From assembly GCA_003220225.1 (NCBI GenBank), contig QHRU01000064.1, positions 5,966 to 69,965 on the forward strand: a stretch of DNA of 64,000 nt, given 5' to 3'. The stretch is from Candidatus Rokuibacteriota bacterium (GTDB taxonomy: Bacteria; Methylomirabilota; Methylomirabilia; Rokubacteriales; CSP1-6). This document shows positions 36,922 through 44,583 of this stretch, piece by piece (position 1 is the stretch's first letter; each line of letters starts with the position of its first letter). A program made the translations under genes and the position numbers. The notes below the pieces were generated by a model that searched no databases, was not told the DNA's origin, and saw nothing but the letters and a program-made list of their open reading frames with translations.

Positions 36922-39291
36922 CTACCGCTGGGCGGCGCCGGTCTGGAGGCTGGCGCGCGGCGTGTCGCGGCGGACCACGCTCGGTGTCACGAAGATGACC
37001 AGCTCGCGGTTCGGGTTCGTCGCCATCTGCTTCGTCTTGAACAGCCAGCCGATGACGGGGATGTCGCCGAACAACGGCACCTTGCGCACGCTCTCGACGT
37101 CGGTCCGCTGGGTGATCCCGCCGATGACGAGGGTGTCGCCTTCCTTGATGAGGACCAGCGTGTCCGCGCGCCGCTTGTTGATGCTGGGGATGAGGCCGCC
37201 GGCGCCCGCGTTGACGTCCGCGCCCTTCGAGTTGTCCTCGACCACGACCAGCAGCTTGATGCGGTTGATGTTGTTCGGCTCGAACACGACGGTCGGCGTC
37301 ACCTCGAGGCGGAGTGTCGCCTCCTTGAACTGCACCTGCGTGCCGGCGGAGCTGACCGTCGCGTACGGGATCTCGCTGCCGAGGGCGATGGAGGCCTTCG
37401 CGTTCTCGACGGTGACGATCTCGGGCTTGGACAGCGAGCGCGTCTTCGACGATTCCTCGAGAGCCTGCAGCGCGAGGTTCAAGTTGAAGTTCGTGCCGAT
37501 GAGGCCGAATGAGATGCCGCCGGTGGGGAGGTTCGATGGCAGCAGGTTGACGGCGTTGCCGCCGAGCGGAAGCCCGGTGAGGCTGCTGACCGGCAACAGC
37601 TGGGCCAACCCCAACGGTGAGAGCGGATTGGTGATAGGGCTCGTGATTTGGCTACTTGGCGCAGTGGCGGCCCCGCCAAATCCCGTGAGAGTCTCTACCC
37701 CCCCGGCCCGTTGCCCGATATCGACCGCCCGGGTGATCTGTTGGCCCCCCTCACGGGAGAAGGGCGCGAAGCCCTGACCGACCAGGACGTTCGACCCGTC
37801 GCGGCGCGCTCCGGCGCCGCCCCACTGCACGCCGATCTCGAACAGGTCCGTGCGGTTGATCTCGTTCAGCCGCGCCTCGATCTTGACCTGCGGCAGCGGG
37901 ATGTCGAGGTTCTCCCGGATGAGCTTCTTGATCCGCTCGAGGTCGTTGGCGTAGTGGCGGATGAAGATCGAGTTGGTCGGCTTGTGGGCGCGGATCGTGA
38001 TGCCTTTGGCCAGCACGTCGGCCGAGGGCGCCGGCGCAACCAGCGGCGGGGGCGCCGCGCCCGGTCCGAACACGGCCGAGAACGGCGGCGCCGGGATCGG
38101 CGCGATCGCCGGCACGGCCGCGGGCGCCGCGCCGCCCTCGGGGATGCCGAGGATGCCCGACAGGGTTTTGGCCAGCTCCTCGGGATCCGCGTAGGCGAGA
38201 CGGATCGTCTCTTCCTTCAGCGGGCCGCGCGCGGCGACCTCGGCGGCAGCGGCCTCGGCCGCGAGCATCTTCCCGCGCGCCTCGGCCTCCTTGAGCTGCG
38301 CCTCGGCGACCTTCGTGCGCACGTCGGCCTCGGCCTTGAGCTTGGCCTCCTCCACGCGCGCCTTCGACTCCCGTTCCTTGGCGAGCTGGTCGGCCGAGAC
38401 GATGCGGATGACGTTGTCGCGCTCGGTCTTCACGAGGCCGCGCGCCTCCATGATCGTGTCGAGCGCCAGGTCCCACGCCACGTTACGCAGCGAGATCGAC
38501 ATCTTGCCCTTGACGTCGTCGCCGATCACGATATTGCGCCCGCTCTCCGCGGCGAGGATGCGGAGCAAGTTCACGACGTCGGCGTCCTTGAAGTCGAGCG
38601 AGATCAGGCGCCGGCCGTTGGCGGGCGCCGGCATGACGGGCGCCGGCGGCGCGAGTGGCGCAGGCTGAGCGACGGGCTCGGCCGGCGCGGGGGCGGGCGC
38701 GGCCGGCGCGGGGGCGGGCGCGGCCGGGCGCGGGGGCGCCTGGGCCACGCGTACCTGGGGCGCGGGCTTGGCGACGGGACGCTTGACCGGCGCCTTCGGC
38801 TCGGTGGCCTCGGTCCGCTGGTCGGTCGACCCGGTGACGGCCGTCGAGGACGGCGTGTCCGCCGGCGCCTTCGCCAGCGGCGAGGTCGGGATCACGATGG
38901 CCAGGCCGCCGTCGTCCTCGCGGATCGCGTAGCCGACCTTGCGGTCGAGCTGAACGACGACGCGCGCGACGCCCTTTTTGTACTGGCTTCCGCGGATCTG
39001 TTTGAGGGGCGACGCCGCCACGTTGAGCGGCGTCTTGCGCCACGCATAGTCGGTGTCCTCGAAGTCGATGACGAGCCGCGTCGGCGAGTCGATGAGCTCG
39101 GCCTGGTACTTGGCCGGTGCCGACGTCTTGACGAACACGGTCACCGCGTCGGGCTGCGTCGCGACGGTGATGTCGCTGAGCCGAGCCGTTGCCGGCGCCT
39201 GCTGCGCCACCGCCAGACTTCCGGTGAGCAGGAGCATCAGCCCCAGGCCGAACGCTCGCCGCACGAGGAGCATCACGCGCCGTGTAGTCAT
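36922..39291 (-). CDS. pilQ: Type IV pilus secretin PilQ (AMIN domain, Ala/Pro linker, N0/N1, secretin)
   Basis: ATG 39291, 1 nt after the pilP stop. Signal peptide ...LLLTGSLAVAQQ. AMIN-like ...RLVIDFEDTDYAW.... C-terminal ...LVIGGITQRTDVESVRKVPLFGDIPVIGWLFK... is a secretin signature. Confidence 0.93.
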   Translation of the reverse strand: MTTRRVMLLVRRAFGLGLMLLLTGSLAVAQQAPATARLSDITVATQPDAVTVFVKTSAPAKYQAELIDSPTRLVIDFEDTDYAWRKTPLNVAASPLKQIRGSQYKKGVARVVVQLDRKVGYAIREDDGGLAIVIPTSPLAKAPADTPSSTAVTGSTDQRTEATEPKAPVKRPVAKPAPQVRVAQAPPRPAAPAPAPAAPAPAPAEPVAQPAPLAPPAPVMPAPANGRRLISLDFKDADVVNLLRILAAESGRNIVIGDDVKGKMSISLRNVAWDLALDTIMEARGLVKTERDNVIRIVSADQLAKERESKARVEEAKLKAEADVRTKVAEAQLKEAEARGKMLAAEAAAAEVAARGPLKEETIRLAYADPEELAKTLSGILGIPEGGAAPAAVPAIAPIPAPPFSAVFGPGAAPPPLVAPAPSADVLAKGITIRAHKPTNSIFIRHYANDLERIKKLIRENLDIPLPQVKIEARLNEINRTDLFEIGVQWGGAGARRDGSNVLVGQGFAPFSREGGQQITRAVDIGQRAGGVETLTGFGGAATAPSSQITSPITNPLSPLGLAQLLPVSSLTGLPLGGNAVNLLPSNLPTGGISFGLIGTNFNLNLALQALEESSKTRSLSKPEIVTVENAKASIALGSEIPYATVSSAGTQVQFKEATLRLEVTPTVVFEPNNINRIKLLVVVEDNSKGADVNAGAGGLIPSINKRRADTLVLIKEGDTLVIGGITQRTDVESVRKVPLFGDIPVIGWLFKTKQMATNPNRELVIFVTPSVVRRDTPRASLQTGAAQR
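38680..38738 (-). repeat. 21-bp in-frame tandem repeat (2 exact units plus a partial) in the PilQ Ala/Pro linker
   Basis: GGCCGGCGCGGGGGCGGGCGC at 38680-38700 and 38701-38721, then a degenerate third unit. Encodes the ...APAPAAPAPAPA... segment. Confidence 0.8.
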
Positions 39292-39292
39292 C

Positions 39293-39853
39293 TCAATTGG
39301 CCGCCAATCGTAGGACGACACGCTGCGCGGCGGCGCCGGGCTTCGGTCCCACCGCGAATACCACGTTGTCGGCGCCGATTTCCATCAACCGGCCGTCGCC
39401 GAGCGTGTCGCCGGGTTTGAGGATGTAACCGATGCCCTCCTGGGTCTCGAGCAGGGCGAGCGTTGCGCGGGGACCGCGCACGATCCCCGTGAGCTTGGTG
39501 GTGGCCACGCTCAGCCCACCCGAGGCCATCGAGAGCTGCACCTCCTGAAACGGATCCTTGCGGCCCTTGTCCTCGTATTTCGGCACGTCGGCTGCCGACA
39601 GCACGGGCGCGGCGGGCACGAGCTGAGTCGGCTGAGCAGGCTGAGCAGACTGAGCAGGCTGAGCAGACTGAGCAGGCTGAGCAGACTGAGCAGGCTGGCC
39701 GGGCTGCTCGGGACGTACGGACGCCACTGGAGCCGGGGCCGGCGTCGCCGGGGGCCGGCTCGCCGTCGGTGTCGGCGCGGGCGGCGACCCGCCGCACGCG
39801 GTGAGCACGGCGCAGAGGCCGCCGAGCGTCACGCGGGCGATGGCCAACTTCAC
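39293..39853 (-). CDS. pilP: Type IV pilus assembly lipoprotein PilP
   Basis: GTG 39853 (GTGA overlap with the pilO stop, SD AAGGAGG). ...LGGLCAVLTACGG lipobox. C-terminal ...LKLTGIVRGPRATLALLETQEGIGYILKPGDTLGDGRLMEIGADNVVF is the PilP beta-domain. Confidence 0.88.
   Translation of the reverse strand: MKLAIARVTLGGLCAVLTACGGSPPAPTPTASRPPATPAPAPVASVRPEQPGQPAQSAQPAQSAQPAQSAQPAQPTQLVPAAPVLSAADVPKYEDKGRKDPFQEVQLSMASGGLSVATTKLTGIVRGPRATLALLETQEGIGYILKPGDTLGDGRLMEIGADNVVFAVGPKPGAAAQRVVLRLAAN
39623..39712 (-). repeat. 9-bp in-frame microsatellite (about 10 units, CTGAGCAGR on plus strand) in the pilP linker
   Basis: CTGAGTCGG CTGAGCAGG CTGAGCAGA CTGAGCAGG CTGAGCAGA CTGAGCAGG CTGAGCAGA CTGAGCAGG CTGGCCGGG CTGCTCGGG. 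Encodes ...PEQPGQPAQSAQPAQSAQPAQSAQPAQPTQ.... Confidence 0.9.
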
Positions 39854-40494
39854 GAGCGAGCCTCCTTGCTGGACAACGCGGCCGCCGGCTTCGGGGCCGC
39901 GGGCGCCCCGGGCTTCGGGGGAGGTGGGGCGTCGCGATACATGTAGGTCGCGAGCGTCATCTCGGCGCGGAGCGCGGTCCGGCCCTTCACCAGGCCCGTC
40001 AGCTTCATCTCGGCGACCTTGACGACGCGCTCCAGGGTCGCCACCTTCTCGAAGAAGAGGCCGAGCTGGTGGTACCCGCCCTCGGCGGTGATCGTGATCG
40101 GGATCTCCGTGACGTAGTCCTTTGGCCGCGGCTCGCGCGGCTGGAAGAGCGACACGCCGAGTCCCGAGCCCTGCGCCGCCTCGGAGACCGCCTTGTAGAG
40201 GGCCGGGGTCTCCTTCTCGGTCGGCAGCTTGGCCTTCAGCATGTCGAGCTTCGTCTGCAGCTCGGCCACCTCGCGGCGGAAGCGCTGCAGCTCGGCCACC
40301 TGAGAGCGCGCCTGCGCCAGCTCGGTCGCGAGCTGCTGGCGCCTGGCTTCGAGGGTCGTGATCTCGGCCTGCACGGGGGAGAGGAGCAGGAACCACGCGC
40401 CGCCGACGATCACCACGAGGCCAAGAACTCCCAGGATGACTTTTGGAAGCTTCGGGCCGTCGACGAAGTTCTGGAGGAACGGCGGCAGCGTCAT
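39850..40494 (-). CDS. pilO: Type IV pilus assembly protein PilO
   Basis: ATG 40494. Single TM (VILGVLGLVVIVGGAWFLLL), coiled coil, then ...VTEIPITITAEGGYHQLGLFFEKVATLERVV... is a PilO pattern. Confidence 0.88.
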   Translation of the reverse strand: MTLPPFLQNFVDGPKLPKVILGVLGLVVIVGGAWFLLLSPVQAEITTLEARRQQLATELAQARSQVAELQRFRREVAELQTKLDMLKAKLPTEKETPALYKAVSEAAQGSGLGVSLFQPREPRPKDYVTEIPITITAEGGYHQLGLFFEKVATLERVVKVAEMKLTGLVKGRTALRAEMTLATYMYRDAPPPPKPGAPAAPKPAAALSSKEARS

Positions 40495-40496
40495 CG

Positions 40497-41057
40497 CTAC
40501 GCCTCGAACCGGCAGGTGACCTCGAACGTCACCATGATCGGGCTCTTGCTCAGGTCCTGCCTCGACACCAGGATGTCGACGTCCTTGAACTTCCCCGACT
40601 GCCTGAGGTTGTTCAGGAACTCGGATACGGCGCGCGTCGAGTAGGCCGTGCCGGCGATCTTCAGCGAAGCGCCGCGATCCTCGAAGGACGTGATCCAGAG
40701 GTCGCGTGGCACGGTGTCGACGAACGCATCGAGCAGCTGGATCGGCCTCCCCTGGCCCTGCACCAGCTCCTCGATCACCTGGACGCGCTTGCGGACGTCC
40801 GCGAGCTGCGCCTTCACGTTGCCGCCCGCTCCCAGCGTGGCCTTGAGCGTGTCGGTCTCCTTGGCCGTGCGATCGTTCTCTGCGATGAGCCGCGACGTCT
40901 CGGCGATGAGACTCCACCACGAGTAGCCGACGCCGAGGACCGCGACGACGTAGAGCACGGCGAAGAGCATGCCGAGCCCGACGGGCAGGGCCGGCAGCGT
41001 GAAGCCTGGACCACGGCGCCGGCGCGCTTCGACCGGCGCGAGGTTGATCCTGATCAC
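40497..41057 (-). CDS. pilN: Type IV pilus assembly protein PilN
   Basis: GTG 41057 (GTGA overlap with the pilM stop) gives (M)IRINLAPVEARRRR..., the conserved PilN N-terminus, then a TM and the Fimbrial-assembly domain. Confidence 0.88.
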   Translation of the reverse strand: MIRINLAPVEARRRRGPGFTLPALPVGLGMLFAVLYVVAVLGVGYSWWSLIAETSRLIAENDRTAKETDTLKATLGAGGNVKAQLADVRKRVQVIEELVQGQGRPIQLLDAFVDTVPRDLWITSFEDRGASLKIAGTAYSTRAVSEFLNNLRQSGKFKDVDILVSRQDLSKSPIMVTFEVTCRFEA

Positions 41058-42118
41058 TTCCCTTGCTCCTTGTCTCCGGACCGTCGCAGGCCGAGCCCGA
41101 CGGCCACGGCCAGGGCCGGGGCCATCGCGGCGGCCTCTTCGGCGTACGCGGGCGCGACTTCGATGCGCTCGAAGGGCCGCGCGAGCTCGACGGGGATCCC
41201 CCAGTTGGAGGCGAGGTACTCGTTCAGGCCGGGTAACTGCGCGCAGCCGCCCGCCAGCACGATTTTGCCGATGCGCTCGGACTCCGCCGTCGAGGCAAAG
41301 TAATCGAACGTCCGCTGGACCTCGAGCGAGAGCTCGCGCGAGATCGCCTCGAGCGGCGGCACCAGGGTCTCCCACTTCACGCCGACGTCCTTGCCGAGCT
41401 TGGCGTCCTCCGCCTGCTGGAAGGAGATGTTGAGCCGCTGGGAGATCGCCTGCGTGTAGTTGTTACCGCCGAACGGGATGTCGCGCGCGAAGATCGTCGC
41501 GCCGCCGCGCACGACGTTCGTCTTCATGATCGCCGCGCCGATGTCGATGAGCGCCACCGCCTCGCGGACCTCGCTCGGGAAGTTGAGCTCCCACTGGTTG
41601 CCGAGGGCGAAGCCGTCCACGTCGACGATGAGGGGATTGAAGCCCGCCTGGTCGACGACGGCCATGTACTCGTTGACCTTGGACTTCTTCACGGCGACGA
41701 GGATGACGTCCATCTGACCGCCGGAGCGGCCGAGCGTGTGATGGTCGATGAACACCTCGTCGATCGCGAACGGGATGTGGTGCTCTGCCTCGAGCATCAC
41801 CACGTCGTGGACGTCCTTGGCGGGCACCTCGGGGATCTGGACTTTCTTGATGATCAACTCGCGCCCGCAGACGGCGATGACGGCCTCGACACCTTCGATC
41901 CCCGCCTTGGCCACCGCCTCCTTGATCGCGTCGGCCACCACCTGGCTGTCGCGGACCGAGCCCTCGGCAATGGTGTCCGCGGGCAGCCCGACAGTGGCCA
42001 TCCCGATGAGCCGGGGGGTGCTGCCGTTCTTGATCTGCACGACCTTGACGGCGCTGGTGCCGATATCGAGCCCGAAACTATCGGAGCTCCTGCGCAGTCT
42101 CTTCAGGATGTTCAACAC
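41054..42118 (-). CDS. pilM: Type IV pilus assembly protein PilM (actin-like ATPase fold)
   Basis: ...FGLDIGTSAVKVVQI...VVDQAGFNPLIVDVDGFAL...ALIDIGAAIMKTNVV...IVLAGGCAQLPGL... is a PilM pattern. Confidence 0.92.
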   Translation of the reverse strand: MLNILKRLRRSSDSFGLDIGTSAVKVVQIKNGSTPRLIGMATVGLPADTIAEGSVRDSQVVADAIKEAVAKAGIEGVEAVIAVCGRELIIKKVQIPEVPAKDVHDVVMLEAEHHIPFAIDEVFIDHHTLGRSGGQMDVILVAVKKSKVNEYMAVVDQAGFNPLIVDVDGFALGNQWELNFPSEVREAVALIDIGAAIMKTNVVRGGATIFARDIPFGGNNYTQAISQRLNISFQQAEDAKLGKDVGVKWETLVPPLEAISRELSLEVQRTFDYFASTAESERIGKIVLAGGCAQLPGLNEYLASNWGIPVELARPFERIEVAPAYAEEAAAMAPALAVAVGLGLRRSGDKEQGK

Positions 42119-42141
42119 GTCATTTCCCCTGTCGAGTCAGT

Positions 42142-42170
42142 AGTATAGGAGTATCGTTGGTTGCGGCCAA
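42142..42170 (-). promoter_or_regulatory. Candidate sigma-70 promoter upstream of pilM
   Basis: Minus strand: TTGGCC (42170-42165) - 17 nt - TATACT (42147-42142), in a locally AT-richer 118-nt gap, about 24 nt upstream of the pilM start. Confidence 0.35.
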
Positions 42171-42236
42171 TCTTTTCCCACACACAAGCGTTGGGGTCGG
42201 AGTACGTGCGAGGCCCCATGCATCGCGATTCAGTCG

Positions 42237-42911
42237 TTAAATCTCTCGCCAGTTGGTGATCGAGTGCAGCGATCGCATCGACTGGACCATGTCCACGTTC
42301 TGTTGGCTGGACCGGATCGAGAGGCTGCCGGAGGTGTCGGAGTGCCGTCCCGGGATGTCGACGGCGCCGGGAAGTGGCGGCAGCGCCACGCGCCGGACGA
42401 CCACCTCGACCGTCCTGGTCACGCCGCTGAAGGTCCCGGCGGACCGCATGATGACGGTCGTGTTGTCGTCCGCGATCGGCGAGGTGTCCATCGCCGGCTC
42501 AGTGGTGCTGCTGAGCCCCGTGAGCGGCGTGTCGGCCGCGCCGTTGTCGTTGCGGATCGTGACGCTGAACGTGCCGCCGTTGGCCGGGCCGCCGAGCGCG
42601 ACGTTCGTGAGCCCGGCGATCGCGACCCACGGCAGGCCCGTCGTGGCGCCCGAGAGCAGGCCGCTCCAGTTATCGCTCGCGTCGGCCGTGCTCACCAGCA
42701 CGTTGAAGCCGCGCTCGATGCCCGCCTCCGCGAGATAGCGGGCACGCGAAGCGTCGGCGAGGTTGCGCGAGATCTGCGGCTCGAGCGCGCTCACCGAGAG
42801 ATAGGCGACGAGCAGACCGGTCAGGCAGAGCAGCGCCATCACGACGAGGATCAGCGCGATGCCACGCTGATTGCGCAGCGTCGGCGGTCGTCGCCTCAGC
42901 TCCGTCGTCAC
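42237..42911 (-). CDS. PilX-like pilus assembly protein (PilX N-terminal hydrophobic domain, no G|F cleavage motif)
   Basis: GTG 42911 (GTGA overlap with the upstream stop). ...NQRGIALILVVMALLCLTGLLVAYLSVSALEPQISRN... resembles the PilX_N domain. Confidence 0.7.
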   Translation of the reverse strand: MTTELRRRPPTLRNQRGIALILVVMALLCLTGLLVAYLSVSALEPQISRNLADASRARYLAEAGIERGFNVLVSTADASDNWSGLLSGATTGLPWVAIAGLTNVALGGPANGGTFSVTIRNDNGAADTPLTGLSSTTEPAMDTSPIADDNTTVIMRSAGTFSGVTRTVEVVVRRVALPPLPGAVDIPGRHSDTSGSLSIRSSQQNVDMVQSMRSLHSITNWREI

Positions 42912-43384
42912 GCTCTCGGTCCTAGCACCGTGACGACGTCCACCGTGCGTGGCTGGCTGAGCTCGCCGGAGCCGGTCAGCGGACGATAGCTCACCCGCAC
43001 CTGGACCTCCTTGCACGACAGCGGCGTGGGCGGGCAGCCCGTGCCGATGCTGATGTCCGTGATCGTCGTGGTTCGCATGTACGACGGGCCGGCGACCGGC
43101 TCGCTCTGACAATTCGACGCGCCGGCGGCGCTGGGGCCCGACAGACAATGCTCCGTCGTCGTCCCCGGGCCCAGGGCTGCCGCCGAGAAGTCGGTCATCG
43201 CCCGGGCTCGGAGCTGCTCGATCCGCTGCTCGGCGAGGAACACCGCGGCCGTCTCGCCGCCGCCCGTGGCGATGCCGCTCGCCGCGTACTGGAAGCCGGT
43301 GGCGATCGCCACCAGGCCGATCGTCAGGAGGGCGGTGGCCACGAGCACTTCGGCCAGCGAGAAGCCGCGCCCCCCGTGGACTAT
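42908..43384 (-). CDS. Minor pilin, PilV-like (prepilin-type N-terminal cleavage/methylation domain); no canonical start codon
   Basis: ...HGGRG|FSLAEVLVATALLTIGLVAIATGFQ... is a class III signal motif with E+5. Two Cys pairs in the C-terminal half. The only in-frame candidate at normal leader distance is ATA 43384-43382, which overlaps the upstream TAG. Confidence 0.7.
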   Translation of the reverse strand: MVHGGRGFSLAEVLVATALLTIGLVAIATGFQYAASGIATGGGETAAVFLAEQRIEQLRARAMTDFSAAALGPGTTTEHCLSGPSAAGASNCQSEPVAGPSYMRTTTITDISIGTGCPPTPLSCKEVQVRVSYRPLTGSGELSQPRTVDVVTVLGPRA

Positions 43385-43836
43385 TGCACGCTCACACGAC
43401 CCGAGGCGGCGACGACGACGTTGCGGGTCCCGCCGTTCGGGTTGGTGACGGTGAACGTCCCCGCCAGGGCCGCGGCGCCGAGCGAGGTGAAGACCACCGG
43501 GCCGCCCGAGAGCTGCATGTTGTTCGAGATCGCCATGAGGCCGGCGCCGTCGGTGCCGGTGCCGGTCCAGATCGTTCCGGCGGTGCACGCCGCGTTGGAG
43601 TTTTGCCGGTAGCGCAGGCTCGCCCCCAACACTTCCGCGCAGTAGTTCTGATTGCCCGTGATCGCGAGCTGACGCGCGCGGCTGAGTGCGGTAGCCAGCT
43701 CCGAGGCGCCGGCCGTCGTCGCAGAGCTCCGCCAGTACGACATGAATTGCGGCAGCCCGAGCGCGGCGAGAAGCCCGATCATCGCGACCACGACGATCAA
43801 CTCGGCCAGCGAAAACCCGGCTTGTCGGTCTCTCAC
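43381..43836 (-). CDS. Minor pilin, GspH/FimT-like
   Basis: GTG 43836 (GTGA overlap with the pilD stop) gives (M)RDRQAG|FSLAELIVVVAMIGLLAALGLPQF... ATG 43860 is an alternative start. Confidence 0.8.
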   Translation of the reverse strand: MRDRQAGFSLAELIVVVAMIGLLAALGLPQFMSYWRSSATTAGASELATALSRARQLAITGNQNYCAEVLGASLRYRQNSNAACTAGTIWTGTGTDGAGLMAISNNMQLSGGPVVFTSLGAAALAGTFTVTNPNGGTRNVVVAASGRVSVQ

Positions 43837-44582
43837 ATCCGCAGTCCGGTGACGTACCATTGCACGACTCCTTCGCCCCAAAACAACGCAGTGGCTCCCC
43901 CAATTGCAAGGAAAGGGCCAAACGGGATCGCGTCCTTACGACCACGGACGCCGAGGGCCATCAGAGCCACCGCCCACGCTCCCCCGAGCACCACCCCAAC
44001 CATCAGCGCGAACAGCGCGATCTTCCAGCCGAGAAAGGCGCCGAGCATCGCGCCGAGCTTCATGTCGCCCGCGCCCATTCCGCCTCGGCTGACGACGATG
44101 ATAGCGAAAAACACGCCGCCGCCGAGGGCGATTCCGAGCGCGACCTCTGCCCAGCCCAGGTGGCGGGTCGCCACGTTGGCAGTGACCCCTGCCAGAATGC
44201 CCGGTAGGGTGATCGCGTCGGGAATGATCTGATGACGCAGGTCGATCGCGGTCACCGCGATCAGCGCGGCGAGCAGCGCCGCGGCGACCACGAACTCGAG
44301 GCCCGGCCCGAATTCGGCCCACGCCAGCGCGAGCAGCGCCGCCGTCGTCGCCTCGACGAGCGGATAGCGCCACGGAATTGGCGTCGCGCAGGCGCGACAG
44401 CGGCCACGCAGGACGACGAACGACACCAGCGGCACGTTGTCGTACCAGGCGATGAGCGCGCCGCAGCCGGGACACGCCGAACGGGGCGCCCACAGGCTGC
44501 GCCTCTCGGGCAGCCGGGCGATCACCACGTTCAGGAAGCTGCCGAGGACCAGGCCGAAGAGCACGACCACCGCCAGGGGCAT
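43833..44582 (-). CDS. pilD: Prepilin peptidase / N-methyltransferase PilD (A24 family)
   Basis: ATG 44582. MPLAVVVLFGLVLGSFLNVVIARLP...CPGCGALIAWYDNVPLVSFVVLRGRCRAC...AGDMKLGAMLGAFLG... shows the Cys4 motif and catalytic Asp motifs. Confidence 0.92.
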   Translation of the reverse strand: MPLAVVVLFGLVLGSFLNVVIARLPERRSLWAPRSACPGCGALIAWYDNVPLVSFVVLRGRCRACATPIPWRYPLVEATTAALLALAWAEFGPGLEFVVAAALLAALIAVTAIDLRHQIIPDAITLPGILAGVTANVATRHLGWAEVALGIALGGGVFFAIIVVSRGGMGAGDMKLGAMLGAFLGWKIALFALMVGVVLGGAWAVALMALGVRGRKDAIPFGPFLAIGGATALFWGEGVVQWYVTGLRM

Positions 44583-44583
44583 C

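Noticed and set aside
39623-39712. The short-period repeat array was considered as a CRISPR-like or minisatellite locus.
   Set aside because: The period is 9 bp with no spacers, it lies entirely inside pilP, and it is in frame. It is a coding microsatellite, not a CRISPR array.
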